A stretch of DNA of 64,000 nt. Source: Octopus bimaculoides. Its lineage: Eukaryota. The notes beneath the pieces were generated by a model, which ran no database searches, was not told the DNA's origin, and saw only the letters and a list, made by a program, of their open reading frames with translations. The position numbers and the translations under genes are program-made. The stretch is from contig NC_068985.1 of the NCBI RefSeq assembly GCF_001194135.2, positions 44,281,372 to 44,345,371 on the forward strand, given 5' to 3'. Of the stretch, positions 49,725 through 62,992 are shown piece after piece (position 1 is the stretch's first letter; every line of letters begins with the position of its first letter).

Positions 49725-51029
49725 GTGAGAGAGAGAGAGAGACAGGTAGATCAATAAAAGACTTTAAAAAAAACAACTTAATACCTAAAACAAAGGTTAA
49801 ACGCAAATGCCCAACAGGAGATGTGGCAGATGGGAGTTGGAGGGACAAGGATGGGGTGAAGGTACTGATAAAACAGAAAAGCGATAAGAGATGTCACTTT
49901 GTAGATGATGGAGAGAACGAAGGGAGAAAAATACTTTAGAAAAGTTTAAAACAAGAAAAAGAATAAGCAGAAGAGGGGGGGGGGGTAAAAAAAAGAGAGA
50001 AATTTCAAAAACAGTATGTCTAGGAAAGAAATAAAAGACAAAAATGAAAATGAATTTCATTAGCTAAATAATAGTTATTAGTTTATTTGCAGAAACATTT
50101 ATTTGTGGTGTACTGTTGTTACACTTGCATAAAAATATATATTCAATTCTTGCTTTACAGAAGAATTTAAGATTGGAACTAAAATTTGCAAAGAGAATAA
50201 ACCACATGATTGGTGCAATTTGTGTCACATGACTTTGTGTTAGTCTTCAAATGAAGGAGATGCCAAATGGTTGTTCAGTCTGCAAGAAATTACTTTATGT
50301 GTCATGAGGTGGTGGTGGTGGGTGCGTGTGAGGATTTTGAGTTGCCAAGTAGGAGGATGACTCTGATATAGATCTGAAAATCTTGAGATAAAAGGACATC
50401 TATGTGGTAAGCCAACCTGGTAGAAATAGCCACCAAAGCTCCCTCAAATCAAACCTCTCTGTCTTATAGATGTAGAGTATACATCAGATAATGTAGCTAT
50501 AGATACAAGCAAAAAGACTAGATTACATTGGCTGGAATATCTTTAATGACTGGCCCACTTAACCACAGTTAACCCAGGGTTAAAGAACAACCAGTGCTAT
50601 TTGAAGATTGAAAATGCTTTCCTGTACATGCTCTAAGTTAGCAACCATACTTAATGTCTTTCCATATGGTCCATATGTTCTATGTTATTTATAAATATAA
50701 TTTGTTATGTCTGCATAACCATAATTAGTCTTGCTGAGTTAATGAGAGCATGTAATTAGAGAGTACATTACAGTAATATTGATGATGATGATGAATTCTC
50801 TGTCAGTTTTGATGATAAGCATGCATTTGTCCAATCAATAGAACTACCTACTTGTTAAATTAACCTGTAAGTGACGAAGTAGTATTCCGTGAGCATTTGT
50901 ACTTTTATTGAAATTTTCAGGCTGAATCAGAGTGAATACTAAAAATAAAACAAGTACAATCCATTCAGCAGGTTTCCACACAGTTTCCCCTCCTTCCAGT
51001 TTCAACCACAGTCACAACAAGGTTCAGTC

Positions 51030-51160
51030 TTTGTTACGGTGTGGTGGTTTGTGGTGTCTCAATGGTCCTGAGAGCCACATCAGTATAGTGCAAGTCCCTG
51101 GCAGGGTCCCCCATGCTGTACATAGTCAAAGGATAAAAGGCCAGGTTAATATGGGCTACT
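51030..51160 (+). mobile_element. Possible RTE (Expander/Rex3-like) 5'-UTR relic
   Basis: gtggtggtttgtggtgtctcaatggtcctgagagcc...ccctggcagggtcccccatg resembles recalled RTE 5' ends. Confidence 0.35.
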
Positions 51161-51570
51161 TCTTGCTACAGGTAAAAATGGGTTTCCATATGGGCCAACC
51201 AACACACCTGCTTATAAAAAATTCAAAGTTACTGAAGTGTGAACAACAATTCAAAACAAGACTAAGAAGAGGAAGGCCTTCAGAGACCTCCAGACACACA
51301 GATGGGGGGAGGGGGAAATGCCTTGCAGGATTTTAGGCAAAAAAGTCAACCCCAGCCCATATTTTTTTTTTAAGCCTGGAACTTATTGTATCAATCTCTT
51401 TTGCCAAACTGCTAGTTTATGGAGATATGAACAAACACAAAGACATACATATATACATATATATATATGGGAGAATGTACGGAAAAAAACAACAACAGAC
51501 GAGGACAGGTGGTGTAAACAACAAAAGGATGTATTAGTTTGACGCTCGGGAATACAGAATGTATTATATA

Positions 51571-51651
<81 letters not shown>

Positions 51652-51652
51652 G

Positions 51653-51952
51653 TAAAAGGTAAAGACCCCCTTCAGTCATCAATGACCATGAGATTGCACT
51701 CAGAAAGTTACCTGCTGAGGCACAAGTCTAGGCAAGATTGTTTATGGATGACCAACATTTGCCCATGCATACCAGTCTCCCCTCTCCATGCCACTGATGT
51801 CATCCAAGGGAAAGGCAAAGGCCAATACAGCTTGACACCTGTGATGCCGCAATTCATTTCTACAGCTGAATAAACTGAAGCAACACACCGCCTGGTTCAG
51901 GAATTGAACTCACTATCTCATGATTGTGAGCCTGACGCTCTAATCACTGCAC
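51653..51952 (-). mobile_element. SINE family B, internally deleted, with (CTTTAC)-type tail
   Basis: Minus-strand head gtgcagtgattagagcgtcaggctcacaatcatgagatagtgagttcaattcc; tail reads aaaggtaaag on plus. Confidence 0.7.
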
Positions 51953-53789
51953 CACACACACAATAGGTTTCTTTCAGTTTCCATCTACCAGATCCACTCA
52001 TAAGGCTTTGGTTGGCCTGGGTCTATAGTAGAAGACACTTGCCCAGTTCCACATGGTTGGGAAGCAAACTTCTTAACACACAAGCATGCTCGCATCTACA
52101 ACATAATTTATCTCTGTTATTAAGACAGAAGCTTCTACATGATGCTGATGTTTCTCAAAGAGAATTATTTCTTAGCATTCTTGGGTTGCTGGACAGCATA
52201 TTGATTTTGCAGTTCCCTCCAATTCTTGCTTATTACTCCAACAGTAAAATAACCATGACAGAATTGCTAATCAATCTGTACTTGAGTATTTTCATTCAAA
52301 TATACCCATGTTTATTAATTGTTATTGTTGCTTAGTCCCATGTCAGTTCTGATTCAATAGAGTTCTACTCAAAGACATTTCAACTGTGACCATCCTGTCT
52401 AATTAGGAATGCCTAGAAGTGCAAAGTTTAATACGTCCTTCCATCTTTGCTTTTAAGATGGTAGGATGTGATTTGAGATATATTTGACTGCTATTTCTAG
52501 AATCAGCTCCATCAGCTCATAAATCATTATTTTTATACAGCTACTAATAATGGTAAGCACTTTAATAATTATATGACTTTCACAAAGAAAAGTTCAGTAA
52601 CGAGATAACAAAAATTCTGATGTTTTTGGTTCTATTACTCACCCTCTGCCTCTTTTTTATTATTTTTTTTTTCTGTGATAAAAGTCAACAGATTGCATTA
52701 GCATATTTTGTCCTTCTAAATCATTAATTCCAAAAGAACAAAGCCCTTATTGGAAATGGCATCTGGGTCTATGCTACATAATTAAACTCAACAACACTTC
52801 AGCTATCCTTGTAATTTCACCAACGACATTTATCTTGGCATCTAATTAACAAATACTCTTTATTCATTTAATATTTTAAATATATGTTTATAAATTCCAT
52901 AGATTTGTGTATGCTATTATTTTCCAGAAGTTATTTACCAAATACAGATAACTTACAGACCAGTAATTCCTAAATTATCTGATTGGAGCAAAATGCTGTT
53001 GTCGTTGTTATTATCCACCATACTAATGGCAGCACCAATACCACAGTTGTGTCAGATTATTATCACATTTGCAAAGACAGATGGTTTCACAGATCTGATT
53101 TGTAAAAACATTCTTCACTGTTGGAACATTAGAAAGTGGTGCAGTATCTATAAACAGAAACGTTACAGTAATTAGTCACATGCCTCTCAGTCTTAGGTTC
53201 AAATCTCACCAGAACTAAACTGGTCTTCCCTCCCTGCAGAATGTTTTTGTTGTTATTTAACCCCAAGTCAGTCCTGATCCAGAAGACCTATGATCTGTGA
53301 CCATCCTGTCTTATTTTTAAGATTATATATTATCAATGTATTCTTCTTTTATAAAGACAATACAGAGTTGCTTGTTTTTTTCTGCTGGGAAGAAGGTAGA
53401 TTTGGCTGCTAGGTCTAGCTGTTCAAGCAACCATGTAGACATTCTTTTGCTGGCTTATCCCTTTGGGAATTTTTGCTGTTTAGCCACAGGTAAAATCTAT
53501 CCAATTAGACCAATGATCAAAGGTATTCCAACAATGACTCTTCTGTCTTTTGAAACAATTTATGAACTACAGTCTAATCATGTATTCTTTATTATCTTGA
53601 AGATGGTACTGCATGAGTTGAGGGAAATTTAGCTATTATTTCTAACAAATTAAGTGGCCACATAGAGGCATGCTTAGTAGCACATCCTACCTGGGATTGA
53701 TAAAATAAGTACCAGTCAAATGCTTGGTCTGATTAACTGACCTCATATTTCCCTTTGTGCCAATGTATAACAGTACATTAATATGAATG

Positions 53790-54170
53790 GTTGTTGTTGT
53801 TGTTGGCACTCCGTCGAGGGTTGCAGTTGATCCGATCAACGGAACAGCCTGCTTGTGAAATTAACGTGAAAGTGGCTGAGCAATCCACAAACACGTGTAC
53901 CCTTAACGTAGTTCTCGGGGATATTCAGCATGACACAGTGTGACAAGGCTGACCCTTTGAATTACAGGCACAACAGAAACAGGAAGAAAGAGTGAGAGAA
54001 AGTTGTGGTGAAAGAGTACAGCAGGGTTCGGCACCATCCCCTGCCGGAGCCTCGTGGAGCTTTAGGTGTTTTCGCTCAATAAACACTCACAACGCCTGGT
54101 CTGGGAATCGAAACCGTGATCCTATGACCGCAAGTCTGCTGCCCTAACCACTGGGCCATTGCACCTCCAC
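53790..54170 (-). mobile_element. Young tRNA-derived SINE family D
   Basis: A-box tggcccagtgg, B-box gtttcgattcc, (CAA)n tail. Confidence 0.8.
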
Positions 54171-54664
54171 AATATGAATGGTACATTCTAAGAATACTAT
54201 ATTAAAATATTTTGGAATATTATATTTTGTATCAGAAATTACAGTTTGTTTTGTTGTAAAACCATTTTGGAACTTTCATCTCCAAACAACCAGAGTTTAA
54301 ATTTTGAACATTCACAGACAACATTATTCCCTCCAGTTCATAACAAAAACACAGTTGTTTATTATCTTTGGCTCCTGTTACAGCTTGTTTATTACAGAGC
54401 TTCTCTGGTTTATCTTGTATACGGGAACTATATAGCTTTGCGGGAATTGAAAACCAGAGGAATATTGACACAGGAATCTACAAAAGATCTGGCAAGATAG
54501 AAAGAACAAAAGGAAATATGAAAGAGAAAATAGGGCAAGAGAGAGAGAAAGGGAAAATGGAGTAAGAGAAGAGGGAGATGGGTAGTTAGGCAGTTAGATA
54601 GACAGAAAGGTAATTTGATATATATATATATATAGGAAGATAGATAGAAAGATAAATATGAATA

Positions 54665-54737
<73 letters not shown>

Positions 54738-54981
54738 CTGTAGAGAGGCAATATTGCATGCAATTTGTCTAATTCATAGAAAGGACATAAGCAAAGTAAG
54801 GTTAATTGATTGTGTGAGAACAATATTAATGTAGATATACTAGGTCAAGTGTTTGACCTCTTTTAGTGATCAGAGATATCCATTTATGGGCAAGTTGTGT
54901 TAATTACTTAAGAGGGAGGAGAAATGGCAGTTGAGAAGATTCCACTACATATCTGGGCATTATTTATTAGTGGAGCTAGAA

Positions 54982-55430
54982 AGGTGGTGAGCCGGCAGAA
55001 CTGTTAGCATGCCAGACAAAATGCTTAGCAACATCTCATCCATCTTTAAGTTTTGAGTTCAAATTCTGCCGAGATTGACTTTGCATTTCATCTTTTTGGG
55101 GTTTGATAAAATAAGTACCAGTTGAACATTGGAGTCGATGTAATCAACTTAACCCATAGCTGAACATTGCTGGCTCTGTGCCAAAATTTGAAATTACTAC
55201 TAATGGAGTAAGAGAAACAGTGAACTGGCAGAATTGTTACCATGCCAGACAAAATGCTTGACAGCATTTCTTTTGGCGTTTTTTGATCTGAGTTCAAATG
55301 CTGCAGTGATTGACTTTCTGTTTCATCCTTCCAGGGTTGATAAAGTATCAGTTGACCACTGGGGTTGTTGGTATCAACTAATTCTCTCTCCTCACAATTG
55401 TTGAACTTGAGCCAAATTTTGAAATCCTTA
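54982..55430 (+). mobile_element. Two tandem SINE family C copies
   Basis: ggcagaa.tgtta.catgccagacaaaatgctt occurs twice. Confidence 0.75.
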
Positions 55431-55783
55431 GTATTGGGTTGGTGTATAATTATTGCGGCTTTTTTTTCAACAAATTTTATTCAACAAAAACAATAACAAT
55501 ATTTAACAAAAACATCTTTAAATGATGGTCTGACCATCTGCCAAGCAAATAGGAAGCAGTAATTGAGGTAGATGGTGAATATGCTCTGGAATAATCATTT
55601 AAGAATGTTTTTGTTACATGTTGTCATTGTTTTTGTTGGATAAAATTTGTTGAAAAAAAGTCACAATAACTATGCACCAACCCAATAGTTGAGAGGGTAA
55701 GGAATGAAAAGGTGCTGAGAAGTTTCCAGGACACAATGACCAAGTGGCAGATATGGTTCACTGGCCATGTGCTTTGACTGCCA

Positions 55784-56100
55784 TACAGCATTAAAGAACA
55801 TGTGCACACAAACACATCAGTTTATAAACAGTTGCTGAAGTGCCAGACCCAGGGTTTTACTTCAACTATCAGAGTCTTGGAAAGCAACATTAGGAATCTA
55901 TAAATCAAGGAAGCTATTTTAATAAATTTTAACCTTTGTTAACAGACAAGAACTATATGAGGCAGACTAATTACTATAACACCAGTCTTCATATGTCACT
56001 ATCCTCTCCCATATATCTGAGGAAAGATAATAGCTCTATAACATCTCTCAATTCTCCATGTGTCCTGATGAAGGGGTACTACCCCCAAATATCAAAGAAA
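55784..56100 (+). mobile_element. Degraded PLE 3' end: GIY-YIG C-terminus plus hammerhead relic
   Basis: YSIKEHVHTNTSVYKQLLKCQTQGFTSTIRVLESNIRNL*IKEAILINFNLC*Q; CTGATGA at 56065-71 with helix II ggggt/acccc followed by cAAA (G12 lost). Confidence 0.6.
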
Positions 56101-57289
56101 TACAAGGTAAAAGATTAAATGTTTCTATTTCAGTATTTCATCTGTTTTGCATTGTTCTAGCCTTTTAACAACTCTTAATCAAATTTAATATCACACAATG
56201 CTTCACTCAGTCTTGGTATAAATTTGCTTCTAAGTAGCCTTGTCGTTGACCTCAAAAATTTGTTTTTCCCTAAAAGACAAGTGCCCAAAACACTGGATTT
56301 ATCACTTTTTGTGGCAAATTAATTCATTGTAATTTATTTCATCTATGAACTTTATATAATAAAAAATAAAATGAAAAAAAAAAAAGCAAGAGAAAGAAAG
56401 TCATCATTTGTCATTGTCAAAATGATGGCAAGATAAGGTGAAGAATACCATTTCAGGTATTTTAATTTTTGAATCTTCCGTTTAGTGGATTCTCTCTAGA
56501 TGATTCTGATAACAGCGACAGCAGTAAGGTTAATGGAATTGTGATTATCACATAATAATCAACAAAAGAAAGGTATACAACAAAAACATGATCATTGAGT
56601 GAAGTCACTCGATACCACTGAGATGCCGATAATGGTTACAGATATAATATTAGAAAACAACATAACAGTTGCCACTGTCAGTTTGTCATAAGCAAGAACG
56701 TGGTGTATGAAACAGTGCAGAGAAGCCAAACATGTTCAAATTTAATGTATAGTTTGGAAAATTAGACAATATGGTGGAGGAATTCTATTACAATTGAATA
56801 TTGGTTTCTATCTTTTCCTGACAGAAGCCGCTTCAATTAAATGAAAACATACTTAGGAAAATAGGACTGATATCAGCTTATAGCACAATCTGCTTGTCTT
56901 TTGCGGTTCATACACATGCACATACCTTGGTAGAAATGTTTTTTTTTTCTTATTCAGTTAAAGTAGTTACTACTGAAGTTATATAATTTATTGCTCTCTC
57001 TTAAAGAATTGGCAGACATATGAATGACTATGCTTCACTGAAGAAGTTTAATAAGGCAGAAATATGTCTGGAATTGTAACTCCTGTCTGTAGAATAGATT
57101 ATTCTTCACTTCACTGATTGTTTACTTCCAATTCTAATTTAAGTGAGACATTGATGCATCAATTCATTTCTTAATGGGCAGTTATTCTCAACCTTTTTGA
57201 CTCTGTGGCAAATTGGAGTTTAATAAAATGTAAGGCAATACAGAAACTGTTAAGTCTTTACTTGGTTTTTTTAATTTTTATTTTTTACT

Positions 57290-57510
57290 TGTTTCAGTCA
57301 TTAGACTGCAGCCATGCTGGGGCACTGCTTTGAAGAAATTTATAGTCAAATGTATCGACTCCAGTACTTTCCAGTACCTTTTTTTGTTTCAAGCCTGTTA
57401 CTTATGCAATTGATCTCTTTTGCCGAAACACTAAAATATGGGGACATAAACACACCAACATCGGTTGTCAAGTGGTGGAGGCAAGGATAAACACAGACAC
57501 ACATATATAG

Positions 57511-57565
<55 letters not shown>

Positions 57566-57726
57566 ACAGGCTTCTTTCAATTTCTGTCTACGAAATCCAC
57601 TCATAAGGCTTTAGTTGGTCTGAGGCTATAGTAGAAGACACTTGCCCAAGGTGCCACACAGTGGGACTGAACCTGGAACCATGTGGTTGGGAAGCAAGCT
57701 TCTTAACATACAGCCACAACTGCACC
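57290..57726 (-). mobile_element. SINE family A
   Basis: Colinear with 1063-1488. Confidence 0.85.
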
Positions 57727-59239
57727 TGGCTGTTTAATATTGCAGCCATATTTCCGTTGCCCCACTCTCAACAAAAAATGCCATATTGATTTTTAACTGG
57801 CTGTAGAAATGGCTGACCAATGCTTTGCGAGGAGGAAACTCTGAAGAAATCCATTGCATGTGTAGGTGTGTATCATTATGTTTGCTGTTGCATTAATGCT
57901 ATTTGAAAAATCTGCATTTCATGTCTTGTAACTTAGTGGGGTAATTAAAGAGAGAACACTTATATAAGAAACCAGACTTTAAAATGAGTGCTAAGATCAA
58001 TACGATGGACAATACTTCAAGGTATTGCCCCGATATGGTTGTAGATCAGTGACTGAAACCAGTAAAAGCATAAGAGAGATGAGAAAACGACGAAGATACA
58101 AACATTGTTGGAAGAAAAGACGACAATGCAGATAACAATAGAAGTGTTTTAGAGAATCATTAAAACAACAACAAAAACAACAACAATAACATCATCCTCA
58201 AGAAGTACAACAATTGCCACAACACTACCAGCTACTACCACAACCACCACCATCACCATCACCACCACCACAATAACAACTACCAGAACGATACCTACAG
58301 CAGCCAGAACCATTATACCAATGAAAGTTTTATTGCTTTCCTGTTTGGTTTCTGAGTTTTTTTCTCTCTCTCAAACATAAAAAGGTGGAATCTATTTGCT
58401 AATTTTTCAATCGGAATTTTCTACCACCTCCAGCTGTACAGTTATTTCTTTTTAGCCTTCTATTTTATTCTTTTTTCCCCCTGCCACTTTGACTGATCAA
58501 TGATCAATGAATCAGTAATAATATAAACATATGAATAAAAATAGATAAGTGAATATATTTTCGAATAAAATATTTAGAATACAGAGAAAGAAAGAAAGAA
58601 AGAAAGAAAAAGGACAAAAAATAAATAAATGATAAGTGAAGAAATATATTAGAAAGAAATAAACATGGTTTTTCTTTTTTGCAAACAATAAAAGCAATCA
58701 AATAATCAATTAAATAAATGAATACATAAGGAAAAATATAATAAGATAGAAATTAGGAAAAAAAATTGCATAAATTTTAAATACATATAAATATATTACA
58801 GCAATGTTTAGATATATTATGTGTTGTGTTTGTTTAGTTCCTTAACTTAAAGGAGAGATAGGAGTATTCATAAACCTTAGAGTCCCTTTGAGTATGGTGA
58901 GATTATTGCTTGTGTTTTGATCTTACAAATCTATGTTCAAAGATGTTGAGATTGCTTGACACACAGTAGGGTAATATTATTCAATGTGTGCTTCCTTTAG
59001 AAGACAGTAATGTGTCATATGAAGACAATTTAGCTGCTATTTGTAGCAGGTTGGGTGACTACATAGAGGCTCCTTTATTGGCATCCCTTTTGTGGGTTGA
59101 AAGCAATACTGTATAGTGGGTTGGGAGAGATTTCTAGGAAGAACCAGTTCTAGGTGGTGAGAAGACATAGGAGAAATGACAAGAAGAGAGAGTTGGAGAG
59201 AACATGATGTAGATGAGATAGAGGTAATAAATGGCTTAT

Positions 59240-59640
59240 TAATCTAAATAAATAGGAGCATTGATGGGCAGGTAATCTCATGTAAAGGACTGATAGCTGG
59301 CAGTCAAAAATTAGTCTTTGATTCCAAACAGAAAGATGACAGGAGGAGGGTGGGGTGGTCAAAAGGAAGACAGAAAAGAAACATACACTGCAAGGAACTG
59401 AAGTCCTGTAACATCAATTAGATGAAATAAGAAGAACTGGTAAGAGAACATCTAACAGAATGAATAGTTTGGGAAAAACAGAAAGAACTGATTATCCCAA
59501 AAACAAAAAATGAATGACAGAATGTGCGGCTGACTCTGGTCATCTGAATTTCCCAATGTCCACTACTTGTGTCCAGTATGGAAAGAACTGTGTATCAAGC
59601 CTTGAGCTATTCAGCCAGCAGTGGCTCTACAACAGATAAG
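59240..59640 (+). pseudogene. Degraded RTE ORF2 C-terminus
   Basis: *WAGNLM*RTDSWQSK (RWAGHxxR..D.RW), GRQKR..LKSCNI and TCVQYGKNCVSSLELFSQ (CxxC..C.S..GL.SH) remnants. Confidence 0.55.
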
Positions 59641-60039
59641 GGCTTAAGGGCTAGTGATATGAATGTATCTGACTATAAAACAATGCCTGAATAACATGCA
59701 TTCACCTAATCCATATTAACATGGAAGAACAAATATGTATAACGCATTTTATTCCCTGCTCCCCCAAAAGAAAGGTTTAATGTAGTTTAACACAGTTTAT
59801 AAAGCCTACACTGTGGAAAGTAACCAAAAGTGAATACATTATGTTATTCTCTTTGCACAGAGAAAAATTTAAGCATGAATGGAAGGAAGTTGTGGAAGAG
59901 GGTGACTCAGGAGCACATGGGACAAAATACTTAAAACACTGAACCTTATGAAGATGACAGAAGTCTGAGATATATGGCATATTACTGTAATCAAGAAGTC
60001 CCACCCACCACAACAGAATTGAGATCACAAAATTTAGGT

Positions 60040-60262
60040 GCCATGTAAAAACCATTGGTGTGGGTGCTGGTGCCATGTAAAAAGCACCCAGTACACTCTG
60101 TAAAGTGATTGGCATTAGGAAGGGCATCCAATTGTAGAAACCAAGCCAAAACAGACTATGGAACATGGTGCAGACCCTGGACTTGCCAGTTCCTGTGAAG
60201 CCTTCCAACACATGCCAGCATGAACAGCGGATGTTAGATGATGATGATGATGATGATGATGA
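60040..60262 (+). mobile_element. RTE-tailed SINE 3' part
   Basis: Two ggtgccatgtaaaaa motifs followed by the standard tail and (GAT)n. Confidence 0.75.
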
Positions 60263-60678
60263 ATGTAGGTATGAGTGTGTATACTGTTCATTAATTTTCA
60301 TATAAAACCCTAATTATTTGTTAATTATCATGAACCGTAGGTATACAATGATAGATTACTACAAACGGTGTACAACAGAACCACACCAGAATGGAAACCT
60401 GAGGAACATCATTTCGTTTTTATCCTGATTTTAAAAATGTTACATGAGAGCAGCCTTGGGTTTTTGTCTTTCATTACCAAATTTCTTCAAAAGCACTTTT
60501 ATGATACGAATTCCAAAAAAACTAGAATATCATATTCCTTGACCTCTTTCAAGACCTCATTTTTTTTTTACAATAGCAATGGCACAGTAAGAAAGAAACT
60601 AATATATCTTGTGTTTATTGGATTGTTTGAAAATATTTTATAGAGCAGATCTTTTTTAGCAAAACTGCTCTAAAGAAC

Positions 60679-60743
<65 letters not shown>
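60679..60743. repeat. Pure (AAT)n microsatellite
   Basis: Direct reading. Confidence 0.95.
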
Positions 60744-60747
<4 letters not shown>

Positions 60748-62783
60748 CAAGCAAAAATGTGAAATTTTTTGGAGTCGTGATTCTGGTAGATTATAATCAA
60801 GTTATTCAGAAATATTTCCAAAATTGCACGCAGTAACGATGTAATTGATATGAAAAATCTCACTTAATACAATTCAAACATAAAATTATTGACTCCATTC
60901 TTCTGCTCTTATTCAACAGAACCATCTCTTCAAAAATGATGTATATGAAGTTGCATGGACTTACACACACACACACACACACACACACTCACTTTATACT
61001 ATATGGGCAAATGTTAGTAAATGTATTTTTCATATACAATTTGAAAAATTGCATCAAATTGTATTAATGTACATCTCAGCATAATTGATTTAAACAAGTA
61101 CAATTAATAATTTCAAAATAATTTTATTTAAAAATAAAAACTATGACAAGACACAATTGAACATTATTATTAATTGTAAGAAATTATATAGTTGTTGTTT
61201 AGCCCAAGGAAGACTTGATCAAACTGATCTAAGATCAAAGCAAGTCCAGCCATGACCGTTCCATCTGACTACTAGACATAGCACAACTAGGACTACATTA
61301 TGCAACTGTAACCTTTTTCTTTATATTAAAGCTAGTTGAGAGAGATTTGAGGGTTATTTGGCTGTTATTTCTAGCTGATCAATTGATCATGTAGAGGTTC
61401 TTGCTTATCTGTATATTAGAATTTAAGACAAGAAATAAGTCTACAGAAAAATCTCACTAAATGGAGCACCAACATCTTGATAACTCCCCCCCACACACAC
61501 TTCTTTCCTCAATTTTTGTCTTCCCTTCTCTCCTACTTTTTCTTTCCCCTTCTTACCTTCCTTTTCTCCACCTCCCTCAACCTTTCTATATCCTCTCTTC
61601 CTGTCTCCTTTTCCTTTCTTCTCTTTCTTCCTGTCTCATCTCGTTCTTTTCTCTTCCTTTGTTTCTTTCTCCATCACACACACACACACAAAGGGGTGAA
61701 TAACATGTGGTAAGCTACAAGTAACCTGATCTGGTATCAATTCCCACCTGAGGCTAATTTAGTTTGCCTTATGTCATCTCTTGCCCACAGCTCCAGCTGT
61801 AATCAATAACTGAAGGAAGCTGATTGTTCTCAATTTAACTAATTATGCTTGACACACAACAGATGGCAGTTTGTCTTCAGTTACTCATTTCCAAAACAGT
61901 CTAAAACTCCAAACAAAATTCATCTCTTCTTTTGAATTCATTGACCAGCATAGATTGGAGTGAGTGCCAGTATTAGCATCTACAGAGTCAACAGAAGGTT
62001 TGTTAATTCTAACTGTCATGGAGAATATAAAAAATCAGATTCTTTATACCTCATGGGAGCTGAACTTACCAATGTAACCATTACCAGTTCCTTTCAATTC
62101 CGTATTTCACTCTATATTAGCACCGGCAATCTTGATTATTGATGACCAGTCCAGATTTCACTTTCACATTATCTGGGTGACAGTGTTCCCTTGGGTGTGT
62201 TGTGATTTCACCAAAGGACAGCAAGTGTCAAGGGAGTTGTAGGGGGAGTCAAGAGAAGTTGTGAATTTTTCCTAGCAATAAAATATTTAATCGAAACACT
62301 GTACTTATATTTTAAGTACATGCAAAAAAGACCAAACTTTTTAGGGCAGTGGATGGATTGGCAAGATTGTTTGAGCTTTAGACAAGATGCTTTGTTATAT
62401 CTGTTCCAGTTTTTTGCATTCTGAGTTCCTTTCTGCCTCTTATCACCTGCTTTGTTGAGGTAGGAAAAATGGCAGGATTGAAACCCAGCTAATGATGGTA
62501 GCTTTTTCACGTCATAATTTGGATTAATATGCATGAATATGGAACTTGCAGTGAAGTGGGACAAACACAAACAAGAGCTGAGTGCTTTAGGAAACCATGG
62601 TTACAGGCAAAAAGAGAAGCGCTGTCCTGTTAACTTCATGGTTGAATGGTTATCATTTAAACATCACGTCAAATGCAGAACTTGAAATAAAAATAAATTC
62701 TTCTTTGAAAACAATTACTAAAATTTGCAAAAATATCAAACATTGTAAGGTTTTATTAAAGAAATCATCAAGAAAAAGAATAT

Positions 62784-62992
62784 TTAAACCTTTTCTAACT
62801 GTATTTCTGCTGAAATACACTGTCTTTGCTTCAATAAATTTTAAAAATAATGATGAATTTATTAAAATAACCTTGTCATAATTAAACTGGTGTTTGGAAT
62901 ATAAATTAATATGAAATTTTGATGTAAAGTTTTAATTTGGATAATTTTAAAACGAAGTTTGTATCATTGAAGGCTGGCATCAAAAGGGTTAA
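62784..62992 (+). mobile_element. piggyBac-like MITE
   Basis: ttaaaccttt...aaagggttaa termini; body shared with 30120-30346. Confidence 0.55.

Noticed and set aside
52692-53175. Exon-like open frames on both strands
   Set aside because: Several competing frames, none with both strong splice sites and an uninterrupted frame or recognisable motif
56860-56900. miRNA-like string near tagcacaatc
   Set aside because: No extended precursor hairpin and no match to a seed family I recognise
62208-62881. 120-aa and 94-aa ORFs plus two TGACGTGA-like sites
   Set aside because: No domain or splice support; 8-mers of this kind are expected by chance
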